Source: Candidatus Nomurabacteria bacterium
Lineage (GTDB): Bacteria; Patescibacteriota; Patescibacteriia; HK-STAS-PATE-3
Assembly: GCA_023898465.1 (NCBI GenBank)
Contig: CP060223.1
Coordinates: forward strand, 224,001-288,000
Direction: 5' to 3'
DNA: 64,000 bases
The first letter of the stretch is position 1; each line of letters starts with the position of its first letter. Below are positions 59,046-64,000 of this stretch, in pieces. The notes under the pieces are model-generated. The model had not been told where the DNA came from, ran no database searches, and was given only the letters and a program-made list of their open reading frames with translations. Made by a program: the position numbers and the translations under genes.

Positions 59046-61721
59046 ATGACAGGGGGGCAAACCTGGCACAAATACAGCACAAAAGACACAATACAAAAAC
59101 TGCGGGGGAGCCGACAGGGTCTTCGTTCTAAGCAAGCGCAGCAACGGCTCAAGCAGTACGGACCAAATGTGTTACCCGCGGCAGCTGGACGTACCGCGCT
59201 GCAAATTTGGGGTAGGCAATTTGCCAGTCCATTGATGTTGTTATTGATCGCGGCAGCTGGAGTGAGCTTTGCCCTGCGCGATACCATCGATGCACAAGTA
59301 ATTCTCGCCGCAGTTGTTTTAAATGTGGTGGTAGGATTTATCCAGGAGTATCGAGCCGAACGTACTTTGGAATCTTTGCGCAAGGTGGTTACTTTTGATG
59401 CGCTGGTGTTGCGCGATGGAGTAGAGCGGAGCGTGGCGGCGCAGGATATTGTGCCCGGTGATGTTTTGGTAGTGCGGGCCGGGATGCGAGTGGTGGCTGA
59501 TGCGCGTCTTCTCGAAGTAAATGATTTGCAGGTAAATGAAGCAAGTCTCACCGGTGAAAGCACGCCAGTAGAGAAAATACATAGTGCCCTCGACGGACAT
59601 TTGGGTTTAGGCGACCAGCACAACATGCTTTTTAACGGAACAACGGTTATTGCCGGTTCAGGTCAGGCAATAGTCGTAGCGACCGGCACCTCGACCGAGT
59701 TCGGTCAAATTGCTCAAACCGTGCAGAATGTAAAAGAGGATGCGACACCCTGGCAGCAGCGTTTGCAACGATTTAGCCGTTTTATTACCCTGGTCGTCCT
59801 GGGCGTTGCGGCAGCAATTTTCATATTAGGTGCTTTTACTGGCCGTTCCTTGCCTGAAATGTTTGCTGTGTCGGTAGCCATCGCTGTTGCCGCAATTCCG
59901 GAGGGTTTGGCTATTGGGGTAACTGTGGTGCTGGTGATTGGCATGCGACGTATTTTGCAGCAGCAAGCGCTGACTCGACAGCTGGTCGCCGTGGAAACGC
60001 TCGGTGCAATCAGTGTGCTGTGCTTTGATAAGACAGGCACGGTGACTGAAGGCAACATGGCTGTAGTGCGCGTGGTAACCGAAAACCATGATCTGCACGC
60101 CTCCTCCGACGAGCTGCACGCGCATAGTAAAGATGTGGCTTCAACCAAGAGCACTGTCCGACTTTTCAAAATCGCTCTGCTCTGCAATGACGCGCATATT
60201 GAAAATGAAGATAAAGCGCTGGAGCATCGCCTGGTCACGGGTAATCCCACTGAGCGCGCGCTCGTAAATGCAGCCCACGCTCTAGGATTGACTCGACATG
60301 CCCTCGAATCTGACGCGCCTCGAGTCGCCAGCATACCCTTTAGCTCAAATCGTAAATTCATGCTAACCGTGCATCATGATGCGCAAGGCGATGTGGCCTA
60401 TGCAAAAGGCGCGCCAGAGGTAATTTTACAGGCCACGCATGCTATAGATTTGGATGGGAAGGAAGTAAAGATACACAATGATCGTCGTCGTGAGCTTCTC
60501 CAACGCGCTGAGACTTTGAGTCGCGAAGGCCTCCGCGTCCTCGCTTTTGCCTATGCACGCTTGCCTGATCATAAGAATGACGAGCCAAGTGCGCTGCCGC
60601 AACTCACCTTTGTCGGATTTGCCGGCTTAAAAGATCCACTCCGCGCTGAGGCAAAAACAGCTGTGCAGGCGCTCCAACACGCTGGCATTCACGCTGCCAT
60701 GATTACCGGTGATCACAAATTTACTGCTCAGGCAATTGCGAAAGAGTTAGGCTTACCCATTGCGGCAAAACACATCCTAACTGGCCAGGACCTAGAGCGA
60801 CTCAGCGATGCGGACCTGCAAAAGAAAATTCGCGGCATCCATGTGTACGCTCGCGTGTCGGCAAAAGACAAGATACGCATTGTAAAAGCCTGGAAAGCCT
60901 TAGGCGAGGTGGTGGCTATGACCGGCGATGGTATCAACGACGCCGCAGCCTTGAAAGCAGCTGACGTTGGCATTGGTTTAGGGTCAGGTACTGAGGTAGC
61001 CAAAGAAGCTGCTAAGGTAATTCTGCTCAACGATAATATTCAAACGATTGAGTCAGCAGTGGAGCAGGGGAGGATAATTTTTGAAAATATTAAAAAGGTG
61101 ACGCTGTATTTACTTTCCGATGCCTTTTCCGCAGTTATTTTAGTCGCACTCAGTTTACTTGGCGGTTTACCACTGGCGCTTTCAGCTGCGCAGATACTCT
61201 GGATAAACCTTGTTACCGACGGCCTGCCAAACATGGCCCTGACTATTGAGCCAAAGGAGCGTAATGTGATGGCAGAAAAACCGCGTCCACGCAGCGAGCC
61301 ACTGCTTGATCAGACCGGTAAAATCTTTGTCGCCAGTATCAGTGCAGTTACGGGCGTGTTGTCTTTCATACTCTTCTTCATTGTGTTGCGGGAAAGTGGC
61401 AATGAAATTCTGGCTCGCTCGGTTGCCTATGCCGCCTTAGGCACTACGACTTTGCTATACGCCTTTAGCCTGCGTCATATCCGACAAGGCTTATTTAGTG
61501 GTAATCCATTTCAGAATCGTTGGCTCAATCTCGCGGTCGGTGTTGGACTCATTCTCCAAATCGGCGTGTTGTATTGGGCTCCTTTGCAGCATTTCCTTGG
61601 CACAACTGCGATTGACTGGACGCATTGGAAGTTAATTTTTGTTATGAATATCACGGTCTTGCTCTTTATTGAAGCGTTGAAGCTTTTTGTCCACAGTGGA
61701 AAGAAAAAGGCAGCTGCGTAG
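59046..61721 (+). CDS. cation-transporting P-type ATPase (type IIA-like, Ca2+/Mg2+ family)
   Basis: Phosphorylation motif CFDKTGTVT, TM4 PEGL, ITGDHKFTA and hinge MTGDGINDAAALKAADVGIGLG. Length 891 aa. Confidence 0.9.
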   Translation: MTGGQTWHKYSTKDTIQKLRGSRQGLRSKQAQQRLKQYGPNVLPAAAGRTALQIWGRQFASPLMLLLIAAAGVSFALRDTIDAQVILAAVVLNVVVGFIQEYRAERTLESLRKVVTFDALVLRDGVERSVAAQDIVPGDVLVVRAGMRVVADARLLEVNDLQVNEASLTGESTPVEKIHSALDGHLGLGDQHNMLFNGTTVIAGSGQAIVVATGTSTEFGQIAQTVQNVKEDATPWQQRLQRFSRFITLVVLGVAAAIFILGAFTGRSLPEMFAVSVAIAVAAIPEGLAIGVTVVLVIGMRRILQQQALTRQLVAVETLGAISVLCFDKTGTVTEGNMAVVRVVTENHDLHASSDELHAHSKDVASTKSTVRLFKIALLCNDAHIENEDKALEHRLVTGNPTERALVNAAHALGLTRHALESDAPRVASIPFSSNRKFMLTVHHDAQGDVAYAKGAPEVILQATHAIDLDGKEVKIHNDRRRELLQRAETLSREGLRVLAFAYARLPDHKNDEPSALPQLTFVGFAGLKDPLRAEAKTAVQALQHAGIHAAMITGDHKFTAQAIAKELGLPIAAKHILTGQDLERLSDADLQKKIRGIHVYARVSAKDKIRIVKAWKALGEVVAMTGDGINDAAALKAADVGIGLGSGTEVAKEAAKVILLNDNIQTIESAVEQGRIIFENIKKVTLYLLSDAFSAVILVALSLLGGLPLALSAAQILWINLVTDGLPNMALTIEPKERNVMAEKPRPRSEPLLDQTGKIFVASISAVTGVLSFILFFIVLRESGNEILARSVAYAALGTTTLLYAFSLRHIRQGLFSGNPFQNRWLNLAVGVGLILQIGVLYWAPLQHFLGTTAIDWTHWKLIFVMNITVLLFIEALKLFVHSGKKKAAA

Positions 61722-61784
61722 TCATTAGGGTAAAGTTGACGTTTCGCTTCAGAATAAGTACAATTTTAAGGTATTTACTGAACT

Positions 61785-63077
61785 ATGCCGACACTTCGGA
61801 TATCGGATATTGCTGAGCGTACCGGAGAGGAAATCACGCTCAAGGGTTGGGTAGCGAACCTGCGTTCCTCAGGTTCCATACTTTTTGTGCAGTTTCGTGA
61901 CGGAAGCGGCTTATTGCAGGCAATAGTGAGCAAAGACGCAGTTGGCGAGGAGCTTTTTCAGCAGGCAAAAACACTTACCATAGAGTCGTCCCTTAGCTTA
62001 ACCGGCGTCGTGCAGCAGGATGATCGCGCTCCGGGCGGCTATGAAATGCAGGTAAGTGCCTTGCACATCGTGCAGGTAGGTCAGGAATACCCCATAGGTA
62101 AAAAGGAGCACGGCGTTGATTTCCTCATGGATCATCGCCATTTGTGGCTGCGTTCACCGCGTCAGACTGCGATTTTGCGTATTCGCGACGAGATTATTTG
62201 GCAGTTGCGCAAATGGATGAAGGAAAACGGTTTTGTGTTAACTGATACGCCGATTCTCACTCCAACCTCTTGCGAAGGAACTACTACGCTTTTTGAAACT
62301 GATTACTTTGGCGAACCAGCGTATCTCGCACAGTCAGGTCAACTCTATTTAGAGGCAACCACTGCGGCCTTTGGGCGCGCCTATGACTTTGGACCGACCT
62401 TCCGGGCAGAAAAATCCAAAACCCGTCGCCATTTAACCGAATTCTGGATGCTCGATGCTGAAGCGGCTTTTGTGGACTTTGCCGGCAACATGGAAATTCA
62501 AGAGCAAATGATTTCGGCGGTCGTGCAAAATGTGTTACGGGAGCGTCAAAGTGATTTTGCCTTACTTGAACGCGATACCAGCTTCCTCGAAAAAGTAAAA
62601 GCGCCATTTCCACGACTCCGTTACGACGATGCCGTGAAAAAACTTCAGGAATTAGGAAATCCCATTAAAGTTGGTGACGATATTGGGGCTGACGAGGAAA
62701 TGCTTTTAACTAAGGAGTACGACACACCTTTCTTCCTCACGCATTTCCCCGCAGCGATTAAGGGATTTTATTTCCAGCCTGAGGAGGGGAACCCAGAGCG
62801 CGTCTTGGGCAGTGATTTACTCGCTCCTGAGGGTTATGGAGAGATTATTGGCGGCGCCCAGCGTATTCATGATCTCGCTTTACTCGAACAAAAAATGAAG
62901 GAATATAAGTTGCCGGTCAAAGACTACCAATGGTATCTCGACCTGCGTCGCTATGGTTCTTTCCCACATTCCGGTTTTGGACTCGGCTTGGAGCGAGTTG
63001 TGGCCTGGATGTGTGGATTGGATCACGTGCGAGAGAGTATTCCTTTTCCTCGACTCTTAACCAGACTACGCCCATGA
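61785..63077 (+). CDS. asnS: asparagine--tRNA ligase
   Basis: Class IIb aa[23 protein letters not shown] (motif 2) and GEIIGGAQR...[27 protein letters not shown]...IPFPR closely follow the AsnRS pattern. Confidence 0.8.
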   Translation: MPTLRISDIAERTGEEITLKGWVANLRSSGSILFVQFRDGSGLLQAIVSKDAVGEELFQQAKTLTIESSLSLTGVVQQDDRAPGGYEMQVSALHIVQVGQEYPIGKKEHGVDFLMDHRHLWLRSPRQTAILRIRDEIIWQLRKWMKENGFVLTDTPILTPTSCEGTTTLFETDYFGEPAYLAQSGQLYLEATTAAFGRAYDFGPTFRAEKSKTRRHLTEFWMLDAEAAFVDFAGNMEIQEQMISAVVQNVLRERQSDFALLERDTSFLEKVKAPFPRLRYDDAVKKLQELGNPIKVGDDIGADEEMLLTKEYDTPFFLTHFPAAIKGFYFQPEEGNPERVLGSDLLAPEGYGEIIGGAQRIHDLALLEQKMKEYKLPVKDYQWYLDLRRYGSFPHSGFGLGLERVVAWMCGLDHVRESIPFPRLLTRLRP

Positions 63078-63487
63078 ACAAACAATGGATCATCTCCATC
63101 GTGAGTATTGCAGTTCTTTCTTTTGCTGCTGGCGTTTTCTTACTTGCTCGCGAGCAAAATAACTCTATCGATGCAGAAGTGCGCGGAGCAACCGATACGC
63201 GCGGTGTGTACAGTGTCTTAGTGCAAGCACATAGCCAAACAAGCGCTGATTTAAGCGGAATTCAGATTGAGGCGAGTCAATTAGGGACTGTGCAAGGTGA
63301 AAATCCTTTTTCTCAAATCTTAGCGATTGATACACAAAACGAGATTGTTTTTTCTCTTCCTGAAGGCAAATATTTACTGCATCCGGTGGATCAGGAATCC
63401 TATGCCGGTAGCACAGTTGTCGAGTTAAAGGGAAATACTACGGTTGATTTACGACTTGTTATGAAAACCCAAGAGGAAGCGCAATGA
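63074..63487 (+). CDS. hypothetical membrane-anchored protein
   Basis: ATG 63074 ([25 protein letters not shown]) has an ATGA overlap with the asnS stop and ends 4 nt into aspS. 137 aa. Confidence 0.4.
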   Translation: MNKQWIISIVSIAVLSFAAGVFLLAREQNNSIDAEVRGATDTRGVYSVLVQAHSQTSADLSGIQIEASQLGTVQGENPFSQILAIDTQNEIVFSLPEGKYLLHPVDQESYAGSTVVELKGNTTVDLRLVMKTQEEAQ

Positions 63488-64000
63488 ATCGACGATTAAC
63501 TCGGGAAACGCCGGAACTTGTTGGCGAGGAAATAGTCTTAAAAGGATGGGTACATGCTCGCCGAAACATGGGTAAGCTTGTGTTTGTAGATTTGCGCGAC
63601 CGCTCTGGACTTGTACAGCTGGTTTTTTCGCAGGAAAACGCTGAGGTATACGCGATTGGTAAAAGTTTCCGCTCTGAGTTTGTGGTGAGCGTGCAAGGCA
63701 AGGTAGTGGAAAGAGAGGCAAATCGCGTTTCTGATGCGCCAAATGGTAAAGTTGAGGTGCTAGTGGAAAAAGCCGAGATTATCAGCCAATCTGAAACGCC
63801 TCCCTTTGAAATCGTGAATGAGGATCGCCAGGCAAATGACGAGCTGCGCTTGCAATATCGCTATCTAGATTTGCGACATGAACGCATGCAGCGAAATATC
63901 AAGAAGCGACATCAGATGGCACAGTTTGTTCGCCGCTATTTAAGCGAGCAGGATTTCACTGAAATTCACACGCCGATTTTATCGAAATCGACTCCAGAAG
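63484..64000 (+). CDS. aspS: aspartate--tRNA ligase, bacterial type (5' part; continues beyond window)
   Basis: N-terminal OB fold followed by the LRLQYRYLDLR signature of bacterial AspRS. Truncated at the window end. Confidence 0.85.
   Translation, partial: MNRRLTRETPELVGEEIVLKGWVHARRNMGKLVFVDLRDRSGLVQLVFSQENAEVYAIGKSFRSEFVVSVQGKVVEREANRVSDAPNGKVEVLVEKAEIISQSETPPFEIVNEDRQANDELRLQYRYLDLRHERMQRNIKKRHQMAQFVRRYLSEQDFTEIHTPILSKSTPE

Noticed and set aside
59319-60361. Antisense ORFs within the P-type ATPase gene (59319-59600 -, 59714-60361 -, 58841-59626 -)
   Set aside because: They are shadow frames of a conserved, long ATPase gene. Their proteins are Arg/Ser/Cys-rich with low complexity.

Overview
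The window reads as a core chromosomal segment from a small-genome bacterium, most likely of the CPR/Patescibacteria type. The main evidence for that is a long ribosomal-protein supercluster (rpsL-rpsG-fusA ... tuf-rpsJ-rplC ... rplO-secY-adk-map) with no rpmD (L30) between rpsE and rplO. The spc/alpha operon is truncated after map, and several r-proteins carry low-complexity tails.

Ordinary content:
- 5' end (0.1-6.0 kb): a type IV pilin/pseudopilin cluster of seven pilin-like genes plus the prepilin peptidase PilD, with no assembly ATPase.
- Then ligA, gatC-gatA, ndk, recR-ybaB-dnaB, a DnaQ-like exonuclease, asnS, aspS (truncated at the window end), a P-type ATPase and two tRNAs (Pro-GGG on the minus strand, Lys-TTT on the plus strand).

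Three accessory blocks differ from the core in base composition:
1. A G+C-rich islet at about 14.15-15.95 kb. It encodes a secreted Thr/Pro/Ala-linker protein driven by a perfect sigma70 consensus promoter.
2. A G+C-rich, mosaic island directly 3' of tRNA-Lys (41.6-47.5 kb), with no integrase. It encodes lipoprotein peptidoglycan hydrolases (CHAP-like, M23) and an Ig-like lipoprotein. Two of these genes share a duplicated 5' cassette of about 330-420 bp (promoter, leader and signal peptide).
3. An AT-rich block at 48.9-55.7 kb, the most unusual feature. Six tandem, translationally coupled paralogs of about 220 aa are polytopic membrane proteins homologous to the N-terminal 7TM sensor module of the downstream histidine kinase. 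They are followed by a LuxI/FeeM-like GNAT N-acyltransferase, a small-domain SAM methyltransferase and a ThiF/E1-like enzyme. The compositional boundary falls inside the histidine kinase gene, consistent with sensor-module grafting.

This whole unit (promoter near 48.72 kb, through the response regulator ending at 58.2 kb) looks like a self-contained, possibly undescribed signalling or sensor-cassette system. An NTP-pyrophosphohydrolase gene is inserted inside the S10 operon, and a PD40-like membrane protein sits between fusA and tuf.
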